Below, piece by piece: positions 46,478 through 55,401 of a stretch of 64,000 nt of DNA. How positions within the stretch are numbered: position 1 is the first letter of the stretch; the number at the start of each line of letters is the position of its first letter. The notes below the pieces were generated by a model that saw nothing but the letters and a program-made list of their open reading frames with translations, did no database searches and was not told where the DNA came from. Position numbers and translations under genes: made by a program. The DNA comes from a bacterium (GTDB lineage Bacteria; Krumholzibacteriota; Krumholzibacteriia; G020349025): the NCBI GenBank assembly GCA_031362565.1, contig JANLSU010000126.1, positions 1-64,000 on the forward strand. The letters run 5' to 3'.

Positions 46478-47659
46478 TCAGAGGCGGCGCAGATGCAGGC
46501 CCTTGAGGTATTCACCCTCGGCGTGGGCCAGCGCCACGGGATGGTCGGCAGGCGCACCGAGCCGGTCGAGCACTTGCACGGCGGCACCCGCTTCGGCGGC
46601 GGCCGCGAAGGCCATGCGCCGGAAGGCGACCATGTCGACGTACTGCGAGCAGGAAAAAGTGAAGAGTTCGCCGCCCGGGGCGAGGATTTCCAATGCCTGG
46701 CGGTTGATTTCCTTGTAACCGCGGAGCGCGGCTTCGACCTGGTGCTTCTTCTTGGCGAACGCCGGTGGATCGAGCACCACGAGATCGTAGCGCGTGCCCT
46801 GGCGCTGCGCATCGCGCAGAAAATCGAAGGCGTCGCCCTGCACGACCTCGCCCGCCTCGAAACCGTTGCGCGCCGCGTTGCGCCGCAAGAGCGCCACCGC
46901 GGCTTCGCTCGACTCGACACTGGTCACCGCGGTCGCGCCGCCGGCTTGCGCCGCGATGCCGAAGGCACCGGTGTACGCAAAGCAGTTGAGCACCCGCCGG
47001 CCCGCGGCACGGGCGCGCACCCGGGCGCGGTTGTCGCGTTGGTCGAGAAAGAAGCCGGTCTTCTGGCCGGCATCCGGCTGGACGCCATATCGCAAACCGA
47101 GCTCGCGAATCTCGATCTCGTCCGCGAGCGGTTCGCCGGCAACCACGCCTTTGCGCATCGGCAAGTCTTCTTCACGCCGTACCGGAATATCGCTCCGTTC
47201 GTAGATCGTCCGCGGGTGCAGGCGCGACACCAGGATCTCGACGACACGATCGCGCAAACGTTCCATGCCGGCGGTTTGGATTTGCGTTACCAGCACATCG
47301 GCGTAGCGATCGACGATGAGTCCCGAGAGCAAGTCCCCTTCACTCGCCACCAGCCGGTAGGCGTCGGTCTCCGGCGGAATCACCGCGGCGCGCAACTGCA
47401 GTGCGGCGTCGATGCGCACCTCGAGCAGCTCTTGGATGCTTTCGATCTCGTGCCACGCCAAGAGCCGCACCGCCAGACTGCGCGATGGATTGGCGTAGCC
47501 GACCGCGACGAATTTCCCGAACTCGTCCTCGACCCGGCACAAACTCCCGGGATCCAGGTCCGGCAGCGTCTCGAACGCCCCCGAGAACAACCACGGGTGG
47601 CCGGCACGTGCCGACTTGGAGCGTTCCTTCTTGAGCCGGACAACTGGCAGGACGAGCAC
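46478..47659 (-). CDS. rlmI: RlmI-like class I SAM-dependent rRNA methyltransferase
   Basis: PUA-type GHPWLFSG, SEGDLLSGLIVDRY, GQKTGFFLDQRDNR, VLNCFAYTG, VVLDPPAF, FSCS, YLKG. Confidence 0.85.
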   Translation of the reverse strand: MLVLPVVRLKKERSKSARAGHPWLFSGAFETLPDLDPGSLCRVEDEFGKFVAVGYANPSRSLAVRLLAWHEIESIQELLEVRIDAALQLRAAVIPPETDAYRLVASEGDLLSGLIVDRYADVLVTQIQTAGMERLRDRVVEILVSRLHPRTIYERSDIPVRREEDLPMRKGVVAGEPLADEIEIRELGLRYGVQPDAGQKTGFFLDQRDNRARVRARAAGRRVLNCFAYTGAFGIAAQAGGATAVTSVESSEAAVALLRRNAARNGFEAGEVVQGDAFDFLRDAQRQGTRYDLVVLDPPAFAKKKHQVEAALRGYKEINRQALEILAPGGELFTFSCSQYVDMVAFRRMAFAAAAEAGAAVQVLDRLGAPADHPVALAHAEGEYLKGLHLRRL

Positions 47660-47660
47660 T

Positions 47661-48449
47661 TCATTCTCCCCGGTACACAGGCGGACGTTTGGCCCGGAAC
47701 GCTTGCAGGCCTTCCAGCCGGTCCGCGGTCAGCAAGAGCGCCTCGTAGGCCTGCTGCTCGAGAGCGAGACCGGCCGCGAGTTCGACCTCGAGTGCGGCAT
47801 CGAGTGCCTGCTTGGCCTGGCGCACCGCGAGCGGCGCGTTGACCGCAATCTCGCGCGCCAGCGCCTGTGCCGCCGGCAACACCTCGGACGCCGGTACGAC
47901 ACGCGTCGCGAGCCCAGAGGCCAGCGCCTCGGCGGCATCGATGCGCCGCGCCGTGAAAATCATTTCCTTGGCGCGCGCCAGACCGACGATGCGCGGCAGG
48001 CGTTGCGTGCCGCCGGCTCCCGGCATGATCCCGACTGCGACCTCCGTCAGGCCGCAACGCGCGGTCGCCGCGAACACCCGCAGATCGCACGCCAGCAACA
48101 ATTCCATGCCGCCGCCGAAGGCGACGCCGTTCACCGCCGCGATGGTCGGAAACGGCAATCGTGCGACCGCATCGAAGACCTGCGAGATGAGGCGCACGAA
48201 AGCCCGTGTCTCATCGAGCGTCATACCCTGGCGCTCTTTGAGATCGGCACCCGCACTGAAGGCTTTGTCGCCCGCCGCGGTGACAATCGCCGCGCGCACA
48301 CTCCGGTCGCCGCGCACGGCGTCGACGGCGCCGAGCAAGGCCTCCAGCAAGCCGCGATTGAATGCGTTGAGTGCCAGAGGACGGTTCAGTGTCCAGGTGA
48401 CGATGTCATCGGCGCGCGACGTGACGACGAGCGGCGCTTCGGTGGTCAT
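47661..48449 (-). CDS. Enoyl-CoA hydratase/isomerase family protein
   Basis: LNRP...NA, AFSAGADLKE, AFGGGMEL..ACD, E...GIMPGAGGTQRLPR. AAGGAG RBS. Confidence 0.92.
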   Translation of the reverse strand: MTTEAPLVVTSRADDIVTWTLNRPLALNAFNRGLLEALLGAVDAVRGDRSVRAAIVTAAGDKAFSAGADLKERQGMTLDETRAFVRLISQVFDAVARLPFPTIAAVNGVAFGGGMELLLACDLRVFAATARCGLTEVAVGIMPGAGGTQRLPRIVGLARAKEMIFTARRIDAAEALASGLATRVVPASEVLPAAQALAREIAVNAPLAVRQAKQALDAALEVELAAGLALEQQAYEALLLTADRLEGLQAFRAKRPPVYRGE

Positions 48450-48552
48450 CAAGGCTCCTTCGGAAGCGGCCTCGGCTGGGCGACGTTACGCGGCACGGCG
48501 CGCACGATCAAGCCCCTTGCGGGCGCGAGCCGCTTTGCCGCATGCTCCTCCA

Positions 48553-49602
48553 ATGCCACAGCGAGGCCAGGAACTCATCGAGCCCGCGACGTTCCTCGAT
48601 CGTCTCCTGGACGATTTTCGTATCCCAGGCGATGCGCTCGTGGTCACGCACGACAATCCGGATCCCGATTCGTTGTCGTCCGCCTACGGACTCCAGACCC
48701 TGTTCGAAGCCGTGCTGGGCCGCAAGACGACGATCGGCTACGGCGGCATCATCGGCCGCGCCGAAAATCGCGCCCTGGTGCGGGCCTGCAAGATTCCCGT
48801 CGTGCCGCTCGATCAACTCGACTTGAACGCCTTCACGACATTGGCGCTCGTCGACTCGCAGCCGCAGACCGGCAACAATTCGATCCCGGCGGCGGCGCAG
48901 ATCGACCTCGTCATCGACCATCATCCGTTGCGCCCCACGACCACGGAGCGGGCGCGTTGGGTGGACGTGCGCAGCGATTTCGGCGCGTCGGCGACCATCG
49001 TTTGCACGTACCTGCAACAGAAGAAGGTGGCGGTTCCGACCCTGCTCGCGACGGCATTCGTCTACGCCATCAAATCGGAGACGCAGGATCTCGGCGTGCG
49101 CGCCAACGAGCACGATCGCGAGACCTACTTCCAACTCTTTCAGGCCACCGATCCGCGGCTGTTGTTCGAAATCACCCATCCCAAGGTATCGCTCGAGTAC
49201 TTCCGTATCTTGGGCGACGTGACGCGCCGCACGATGCTGTATGGCCCCGCCGCCGTGACTTACATCGGCGACATTCCGAACCCCGACTTTGTCGCCGAAA
49301 TGGCCGACATGGTGATGCGCCTGGAAGGCGTCGACTGGGCGCTCTGCATGGGCGTGTACGGCGAGACGCTCATCCTGTCGCTGCGCACCAATCGCGAGGC
49401 CGGCGGTGCCGGACAGATGATCCAGAAACTGGTGCGCGGTCTGGGCCAAGCCGGCGGCCACGGCCTCATGGCCGGCGGCAAGGTGACCAACGTGCCGGCA
49501 GATCGCAGTGCGCGGCACCAGGTCGTGAACGGCATCCGCGATCGCTTCTTGAACGAACTCGGGATGCAGGACGAACCGCCGCGCACCATCGTCGACGACT
49601 GA
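48553..49602 (+). CDS. DHH/DHHA1 family phosphoesterase
   Basis: HDNPDPD, LVD, IDHH, SLR and AGGH motifs. TTGCGG-N18-CATGCT ends 6 nt before the ATG. Confidence 0.88.
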   Translation: MPQRGQELIEPATFLDRLLDDFRIPGDALVVTHDNPDPDSLSSAYGLQTLFEAVLGRKTTIGYGGIIGRAENRALVRACKIPVVPLDQLDLNAFTTLALVDSQPQTGNNSIPAAAQIDLVIDHHPLRPTTTERARWVDVRSDFGASATIVCTYLQQKKVAVPTLLATAFVYAIKSETQDLGVRANEHDRETYFQLFQATDPRLLFEITHPKVSLEYFRILGDVTRRTMLYGPAAVTYIGDIPNPDFVAEMADMVMRLEGVDWALCMGVYGETLILSLRTNREAGGAGQMIQKLVRGLGQAGGHGLMAGGKVTNVPADRSARHQVVNGIRDRFLNELGMQDEPPRTIVDD

Positions 49603-49606
49603 GGCG

Positions 49607-50224
49607 TCAATCCACGAACGTGAACGCATCGTCCCGGTGCACCGCGGCGGCGGCGCCGCGCTGGCGTTGGCGGTCGCGATACGTCGCCTGTTTGCGAGCG
49701 AAGTATTCGGGTTCACGCGCCGCCTTGCGATAGGCGAACGCCGCATTGGCGCAGGCCTTGCCGCAGTACTGGCCGCTGCGCGGTCCCGCCACGAGCCGCG
49801 CGCACTGGCGCCACTCGGACCCGCCGCTGCGGATCACTCCGGCGCAGCGTGCCACGACGCCGTCGAGCGCCGGACGCGACATCAAGTCCACGAGCGCCGT
49901 GCTCAGGAGTTCCTCGACGGCGGCGGGCAGTGCCGTGCGGACGCGTGCCGCCCGCAGCGGCGGCAGCTCGAAGCCGGCACGGCGTTCCGGTTCGGCAACC
50001 CGCAACGTGACCGACGCAAGCCACTGATTCGCGGCGAGGGCGCCGACCCGGCCCGCCGACAGCCGCTCCTGAGCCGCACCCCGCAAACCCGCGATGTCAG
50101 CCCGCAGCGCCACCTCGGCACCGTCTGTCCAGGCAGCCCCCGGCGCAAATTCGCCCAGAAAAGCCCGCAAGAGTGCCTCTTCTTCCCATCCCAACGCCCG
50201 ATTCAAGAGTTCGACCCACAACAT
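49607..50224 (-). CDS. Hypothetical protein with CGNR-like zinc finger
   Basis: C-terminal RC...C......YCGKACANAA..YR resembles zf-CGNR. N-terminal WVELLN resembles ABATE-type starts. Confidence 0.5.
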   Translation of the reverse strand: MLWVELLNRALGWEEEALLRAFLGEFAPGAAWTDGAEVALRADIAGLRGAAQERLSAGRVGALAANQWLASVTLRVAEPERRAGFELPPLRAARVRTALPAAVEELLSTALVDLMSRPALDGVVARCAGVIRSGGSEWRQCARLVAGPRSGQYCGKACANAAFAYRKAAREPEYFARKQATYRDRQRQRGAAAAVHRDDAFTFVD

Positions 50225-50299
50225 GCAACCCCGCCCCCTCCCGGCAACGTGACAGTCACAAATGGACGCTCGGGGCCGCCCAGGTCAACGGAAAATCCA

Positions 50300-50315
50300 C
50301 GGCACCGCGCTTGCA
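50300..50315 (+). promoter_or_regulatory. Sigma54 (-24/-12) promoter of the secreted hypothetical protein
   Basis: CGGCACCGCGCTTGCA is a near-consensus match to TGGCAC-N5-TTGCA, 68 nt upstream of ATG 50384. Confidence 0.7.
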
Positions 50316-50383
50316 TACCACGGTTGACTTGGCATTCCCGGCATGGTTCGCTTGAAACGGCGCCGAACTTTGGGAGAGTACCG

Positions 50384-51187
50384 ATGCACTGGACGCGATG
50401 TCTCATGGGGGGAATCGGCCTCCTCGCCGTCACGGCCGCCGCAAGTCCGCGTCCGGGCTTTGTCCAAGCCGAGCGCGTCGGTGGCGTGGAGCTGCGAACC
50501 GGCGTCACCACGAAGACTCAACCGTGGATTGCCGCCGCCGACACCTCAGTGACGTGCTTCGAGGGCCCCCTGAACTTGGCGCTCAATCCGGGCTGCTTCC
50601 GCTTGCTCGCGCCGCCCTCGGGCGGCGACTGCATCTCGCATCAATCGCAGGTCTTCATTCAGGACTTCGTGCCGACATTCGCGACGCCGCATCGGATCGT
50701 GGGATTTCGCTTCATCAGCAACGATGGCAGCACCGTCTTCCCGGCGGCCGGAGTCGTCGTCACGCCGTTCGACCCGGGCCGGTTTCCTAACTCGACCGAG
50801 CTGAACGCCCTGCAGGTCCAAAATGTGCCGACCGCGCATGATACCGCCATTGTCACCGTGACGCTTCCGAACAACTCGCCGGCACTTGTCGTCACCTCCG
50901 GAGTCGATGTCTGGATCTGTTTGCGGTTTCCGGAGGGCGGCCACCTGACCGACTTCGGTGTCGGTCCGGGGATCATCGTCGACCATGTGGTGCCGGATCA
51001 GGCGTGCGACTTCTTCACGCACGACAACGGGTTGCACTATTTCAACAACGTCGCGAGTGACCCGCTCGATTGGGGCTTCGAACTGATCTACGAACCGGTC
51101 ACCGCGGTCACGCCCGTCTCATGGACCGACATCAAGCGCCTGTACGGCGCGGCGCCGATTGCCTCACCGCTCTTCAGGACTCCGTAG
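50384..51187 (+). CDS. Secreted hypothetical protein with C-terminal TAV.P.SW..IK.LY motif
   Basis: GGGAGAG RBS, signal peptide, beta-rich body with several Cys, motif TAVTPVSWTDIKRLY at 51101-51145. Confidence 0.75.
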   Translation: MHWTRCLMGGIGLLAVTAAASPRPGFVQAERVGGVELRTGVTTKTQPWIAAADTSVTCFEGPLNLALNPGCFRLLAPPSGGDCISHQSQVFIQDFVPTFATPHRIVGFRFISNDGSTVFPAAGVVVTPFDPGRFPNSTELNALQVQNVPTAHDTAIVTVTLPNNSPALVVTSGVDVWICLRFPEGGHLTDFGVGPGIIVDHVVPDQACDFFTHDNGLHYFNNVASDPLDWGFELIYEPVTAVTPVSWTDIKRLYGAAPIASPLFRTP

Positions 51188-51712
51188 GGGCCAGCGCCGT
51201 AGCACCTCGTAACGCGGCGGCCCGGCCGGCCTCTGGTGGCTGCGGAAAAGCCCCACCCATGGCGCCGGGAGCGGTTCCACGCCACCTGGCGTGACCGGCA
51301 CCACGAACCGGCCGGCCCCGGGCCCACGCGCCAAAGTCACGTGCGGCTGAAACGCCCGCGCCGCCGCCGGCCATCCGAGCGCCACGAGCGCCGATTCGAT
51401 GCCCCGTTGGAGCGGCACGAGCCGCTCGCCCAACTCCACGACTCCCACCCAATCGACACCGGGAAACGTCCCCAGACCGCCCAGCCCGAGGCACGGTGCC
51501 ACGGCCCCTTCGACCGGGCCCGAAATCGCCGCCGCTACGCCGTCCACCCGCGCCGCCGCCACTTCGCCCAGAAAAACGAGTGTCAGGTGCATGGCGCTGA
51601 CATCCACCCAGCGCCGGCCGCCGCCCGGTTCGGCAGCGCGCAGGCGTGCCTGGAGCGCGGCGATTTCGACCCTGAGGCGAGGCGGCAATTCGAGGCCGAC
51701 GAAAAGTCGCAT
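51164..51712 (-). CDS. thpR: RNA 2',3'-cyclic phosphodiesterase (2H family)
   Basis: MRLFVGL start, HLTLVFLGEV and PHVTLAR 2H motifs, P.YE near the C-terminus. Confidence 0.9.
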   Translation of the reverse strand: MRLFVGLELPPRLRVEIAALQARLRAAEPGGGRRWVDVSAMHLTLVFLGEVAAARVDGVAAAISGPVEGAVAPCLGLGGLGTFPGVDWVGVVELGERLVPLQRGIESALVALGWPAAARAFQPHVTLARGPGAGRFVVPVTPGGVEPLPAPWVGLFRSHQRPAGPPRYEVLRRWPLRSPEER

Positions 51713-51752
51713 GCCCGCCAGCTTACGCCCCTTGGCGCGACCGAGGGGTGGC

Positions 51753-51800
51753 TTGACCCAGGCCTGGCCGTTGCATTAAGATATTCGAATTCGCAGATAA
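51753..51800 (+). promoter_or_regulatory. Promoter and candidate SahR operator
   Basis: TTGACC-N18-TAAGAT overlapped by a 20-bp AT-rich quasi-palindrome ATATTCGAATTCGCAGATAA (51781-51800). Confidence 0.55.
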
Positions 51801-51807
51801 GGTGGTC

Positions 51808-52761
51808 ATGCGCGCCCTTCCCGACTTCTTCAAAGCCCTGGCGGACTCGACCCGGCTCCGAGTCCTCCGCCTCCTGGACGAGGCGGAGTTGAACGTCAAC
51901 GAGCTGGTCGAGGTCTTGGAGCTGCCGCAGCCCACCGTGTCGCGCCATTTGGCAGTGCTGCTGCACGCCGGGCTCGTTCACCGGCGGCGCGATGGCCAGT
52001 GGACGTTCTATAGCGTGACCGCCGGCAACGGCTGGAACGCCGATGGTTTTGGAACCGCGCTCCGCGCCCGGTGGCGTGAGTTGCCGGAAGGCGGCCGCGA
52101 TGTGCAGCGGCTCGAGGCTTGTCTCGAAGCACGGACGCGTTCGACGCACGAGTTCTACGCCCGCATCGCGCCGACCTGGGACCGCATGCGTGCCGGACTC
52201 GATGTGGAGGGATTGCACGGGCGCCTCTTGGCCGGGCTCCTGCCGGGTACACTCGACCTCGTCGACGCCGGCACCGGCACGGGTGCGTTGCTGCCGGCGC
52301 TCGCGCCCGCCGCCCGGCGTCTCGTGGGTGTCGACCGGTCGGTCGAAATGTTGGCGGAGGCGCGGCGGCGCATCGCGGCCGAAGGTTTGAGCGGCGTGGC
52401 GCTGGTGCGCGCCGACCTGGCGGCCCTGCCTTTCGCGGACGCCACGGTGGACGGCGTGTGTTCGCTTTTGGCGCTGCACCACGCCGCGCGGCCCGAGGCC
52501 GTCGTCGCCGAATTCGCGCGCACCGTGCGGCCGGGAGGCAGCGTCGTCGTCAGCGACTTCGTGCCGCACACCGAAGAGTGGATGCGCAATGAACTGGCGC
52601 ACGCCTGGCTCGGTTTTCCGGCCGAACGCGTCGCCCAATGGTTTGCAACCGCGGGACTGGCCGGCATCGACACGCGCACCGTGCGCCGCCGCCCGCGCGC
52701 CGGCTCGCCGGCAATGCCCGATTTGTTCGTGGTGCGCGGCCGCAAGCCGCACGCCGTCTGA
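51808..52761 (+). CDS. sahR: ArsR-HTH plus SAM methyltransferase-fold regulator (SahR)
   Basis: FKALADSTRLR...QPTVSRHL ArsR HTH, DAGTGTG, LHH, H..EWMR.ELAH.WLGF. Directly upstream of ahcY. Confidence 0.85.
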   Translation: MRALPDFFKALADSTRLRVLRLLDEAELNVNELVEVLELPQPTVSRHLAVLLHAGLVHRRRDGQWTFYSVTAGNGWNADGFGTALRARWRELPEGGRDVQRLEACLEARTRSTHEFYARIAPTWDRMRAGLDVEGLHGRLLAGLLPGTLDLVDAGTGTGALLPALAPAARRLVGVDRSVEMLAEARRRIAAEGLSGVALVRADLAALPFADATVDGVCSLLALHHAARPEAVVAEFARTVRPGGSVVVSDFVPHTEEWMRNELAHAWLGFPAERVAQWFATAGLAGIDTRTVRRRPRAGSPAMPDLFVVRGRKPHAV

Positions 52762-52785
52762 GTGTCCGTCAACCCAGGAGAGGTC

Positions 52786-54054
52786 ATGAGCACGAATACC
52801 GAGAACGCCAAGATCGCCGACCCGAGTCTTGCTGCCGCCGGCAAGATGCGCATCGAGTGGGCTGAGTCCCGCATGCCCGTGATGATGGCGCTCATCAAGC
52901 GCTACGAGGCGACGAAGCCGCTGAAGGGCATGCGCATCGCCGGCTGCCTGCATGTGACCAAGGAAACCGCCGTGCTGGTGCGGGCGTTGCACGCCGCCGG
53001 CGCCGACGTCTCTTGGTCGGGTTGCAACCCGCTGTCGACACAAGACGACGTCGCCGCGGCGCTCGCCGCCGAGGGCGTGTCGATCTTCGCATGGCACGGC
53101 ATGAACGTCGACGAGTTCTACTGGTGCATCCGGAAGACGCTCGAGTTCGAACCGACGTTGACCCTCGATGACGGCGCCGACCTCATCTTCACCGTGCACA
53201 AGGATCACCACGCGCTGGCCGACAAGATCATCGGCGGCACCGAGGAGACGACGACCGGCGTGCACCGGCTGCGCGCCATGGCGGCCGACGGCGCGTTGCG
53301 CTACCCGGTGATCGCGGTGAACGACGCCGAGACCAAGTGGGACTTCGACAACGTTTACGGCACCGGCCAGTCGTCCATCGACGGCATCCTGCGGGCGACG
53401 AGCATTCTGCTGGCCGGCAAGAACTTCGTCGTCGCCGGCTTCGGCCATTGCGGACGCGGCGTCGCGATGCGGGCCCGCGGCATGGGCGCCAACGTCATCA
53501 TCACCGAAGTCAAGGCGACGGCGGCTCTCAAGGCGACGCTCGAAGGCTTCACGGTCATGACCATGGACCAAGCCGCCAAGGTCGGCGATGTCTTCATCAC
53601 CGCCACCGGGATGAAGGACGTCATCGTCAAGCGCCACTTCGAATCGATGCGTGACGGTGCCGTCGTGTGCAACACGGGCCACTACGACTGCGAAATCAAC
53701 TTACAAGACCTGGCGGCACTCACGTCGCGGGTGCGTGAAGTCCGGGCCAACAACAAGGAATACTCCGTCAGCGGCAACCGCCGGATCTACGTGCTGGCCG
53801 ACGGCCGCCTGGTGAACCTGGCCGCCGCGGAAGGCCACCCCTCCGAGGTCATGGACATGTCGTTCGCGAACCAGTTCATGTCGATGGTGCGCTTGGCCAA
53901 GGAAGGCCGCACCCTCGCCAAGACGGTGCACGACATTCCGGTAGCGCAGGATCAGGAAATCGCCACGCTCAAGCTGCAGACGATGGGCATGGGCCTCGAC
54001 GCACTGACACCCGAGCAGATCAAGTACGCGACGGACTACAGTTCCGGTACCTGA
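52786..54054 (+). CDS. ahcY: Adenosylhomocysteinase
   Basis: GCLHVTKETA, CNPLSTQD, LDDGAD, EETTTG, KWDFDNVYGT, GRLVNL...GHPSEVMDMSF. AGGAGAGG RBS. Confidence 0.97.
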   Translation: MSTNTENAKIADPSLAAAGKMRIEWAESRMPVMMALIKRYEATKPLKGMRIAGCLHVTKETAVLVRALHAAGADVSWSGCNPLSTQDDVAAALAAEGVSIFAWHGMNVDEFYWCIRKTLEFEPTLTLDDGADLIFTVHKDHHALADKIIGGTEETTTGVHRLRAMAADGALRYPVIAVNDAETKWDFDNVYGTGQSSIDGILRATSILLAGKNFVVAGFGHCGRGVAMRARGMGANVIITEVKATAALKATLEGFTVMTMDQAAKVGDVFITATGMKDVIVKRHFESMRDGAVVCNTGHYDCEINLQDLAALTSRVREVRANNKEYSVSGNRRIYVLADGRLVNLAAAEGHPSEVMDMSFANQFMSMVRLAKEGRTLAKTVHDIPVAQDQEIATLKLQTMGMGLDALTPEQIKYATDYSSGT

Positions 54055-54076
54055 TCCGGCGCCGCTGGGTGCAAGG

Positions 54077-54106
54077 CGGCGGTTCCGCGCCAAGGCGGAA
54101 CCGCCG
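54077..54106 (+). terminator. 12-bp perfect hairpin after ahcY
   Basis: CGGCGGTTCCGC-GCCAAG-GCGGAACCGCCG. No U-tract, so terminator or mRNA stabiliser. Confidence 0.5.
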
Positions 54107-54125
54107 TCCTACCAAGGAGTGCTCG

Positions 54126-54887
54126 TTGCCCGTGACCACACCCGGAGCCTTGTCGGCAACCGCCACCGCCGCCGCACGCGGCGTCGCGGCGTTCGTGGAT
54201 GCGACCATTGCACTCGTGCTGGCCGTCATTGCGCACGGTGTGTCGAACACCGGTGGCACGACGCTCGTGCCGCTCGACCGCGGTGTCTGGGTCGCAACCC
54301 TCGTACTGTTCGCACTGCGCGACGTAGCCTCGGGCGCGAGTCTCGCGAAGTGGATGCTCGGACTGCGGCTCGAGATGGCGAATGGTGCTCCGACGACGCT
54401 CGCCGACCGCCTGCGCCATGTGCCCTTCGGACTCTCGCCGCTCGGACTCGTGCCGGCCTTCGAACGCCGCACCCCATGGCGCGTCGCGGTCTACGTCCCG
54501 TCGGGACGCGGTCTCGCGGTGCGCGCCGCGGCGGCGGCCGTGCTCATTGGCGGTTCGGCGGTGATCACCACCCTGGTGCGGCGTCCGAGTATCGGCCGCA
54601 CTGACGCTCTGCAGCTCGCGCAAACAACGATCCTGGGCGATCCACATCTTGCCGACGCGTTGGGCGGCCCGCTCGCCGCCGAAGTCGGACGCACGAGTCC
54701 GCACGCCAATGCGACCTGGCGCAGCAGCGAGGGCGATTTCGAACTGCGCGTGCGCGGCACGCGTGCCATGCAAACCATGGTGGTGCGTGCCCGCAAGGTC
54801 GACGGCCAGTGGGCTGTGGAAGAGGTGACGGACATCGAACAAACACGGCTCGATGCGCCACCACGCGGATCGATGGTCCACCGGTAG
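54126..54887 (+). CDS. Membrane protein with RDD-like and Coa1-like domains
   Basis: AAGGAG RBS, TTG 54126. R..AAFVD and G.SLAK..LGLR (RDD), then DP.LADALGGP...V.G......V.ARK.DGQW (Coa1-like). Confidence 0.6.
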   Translation: MPVTTPGALSATATAAARGVAAFVDATIALVLAVIAHGVSNTGGTTLVPLDRGVWVATLVLFALRDVASGASLAKWMLGLRLEMANGAPTTLADRLRHVPFGLSPLGLVPAFERRTPWRVAVYVPSGRGLAVRAAAAAVLIGGSAVITTLVRRPSIGRTDALQLAQTTILGDPHLADALGGPLAAEVGRTSPHANATWRSSEGDFELRVRGTRAMQTMVVRARKVDGQWAVEEVTDIEQTRLDAPPRGSMVHR

Positions 54888-54921
54888 GCCGTGCAGGCGT
54901 CCAAACCCCTTAGGGTTGCCG

Positions 54922-54946
54922 GGAACCAAACGATGCCGTATCGTCT
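54922..54946 (+). promoter_or_regulatory. Candidate ECF-sigma promoter of trxA
   Basis: GGAAC-N16-GTCT, 60 nt upstream of the start. Confidence 0.4.
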
Positions 54947-55006
54947 TCAAGCGAGCCCGGACTGTCCGGGGTGCGGGAGTCCGAAGCGAGTTTTGGAGGT
55001 CCGAAA

Positions 55007-55330
55007 GTGAGCGAGCTGTTGAACGTAAAAGACAACGACTTCCAGAAGGAGGTCCTCGACTCCCCGCTGCCGACCCTCGTCGATTTCTGGGCGCCGTGGT
55101 GCGGACCGTGCCGGGCCCTGGCACCGATCATCGAGGAGATCGCCACCGATTTCAAAGGGCGCCTGAACGTCGTCAAGGTGAACACCGACGAGAGCAACGA
55201 AGTCGCGATGCGCTATTCGATCCGCAGCATCCCGACCGTGATGCTGTTCAAGGGCGGCCAAGTCGTCGAGTCGATTGTCGGCGCGCTTCCCAAGCGCCAC
55301 TTCGTGGACACGATCCAGAAGCATCTCTAA
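55007..55330 (+). CDS. trxA: Thioredoxin
   Basis: VDFWAPWCGPC, IRSIPT. GGAGG RBS before GTG 55007. Confidence 0.97.
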   Translation: MSELLNVKDNDFQKEVLDSPLPTLVDFWAPWCGPCRALAPIIEEIATDFKGRLNVVKVNTDESNEVAMRYSIRSIPTVMLFKGGQVVESIVGALPKRHFVDTIQKHL

Positions 55331-55355
55331 TATTTCGCGGCCACGTGCCACGACT

Positions 55356-55383
55356 CGACGGCGGAGCTTCGGCTTCGCCGTCG
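55356..55383. terminator. Hairpin between convergent trxA and TonB-domain gene
   Basis: CGACGGCGGAGC-TTCG-GCTTCGCCGTCG, 12-bp stem with C(UUCG)G tetraloop. Confidence 0.7.
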
Positions 55384-55401
55384 GCGTTTCGGGCCTCGGG
55401 A

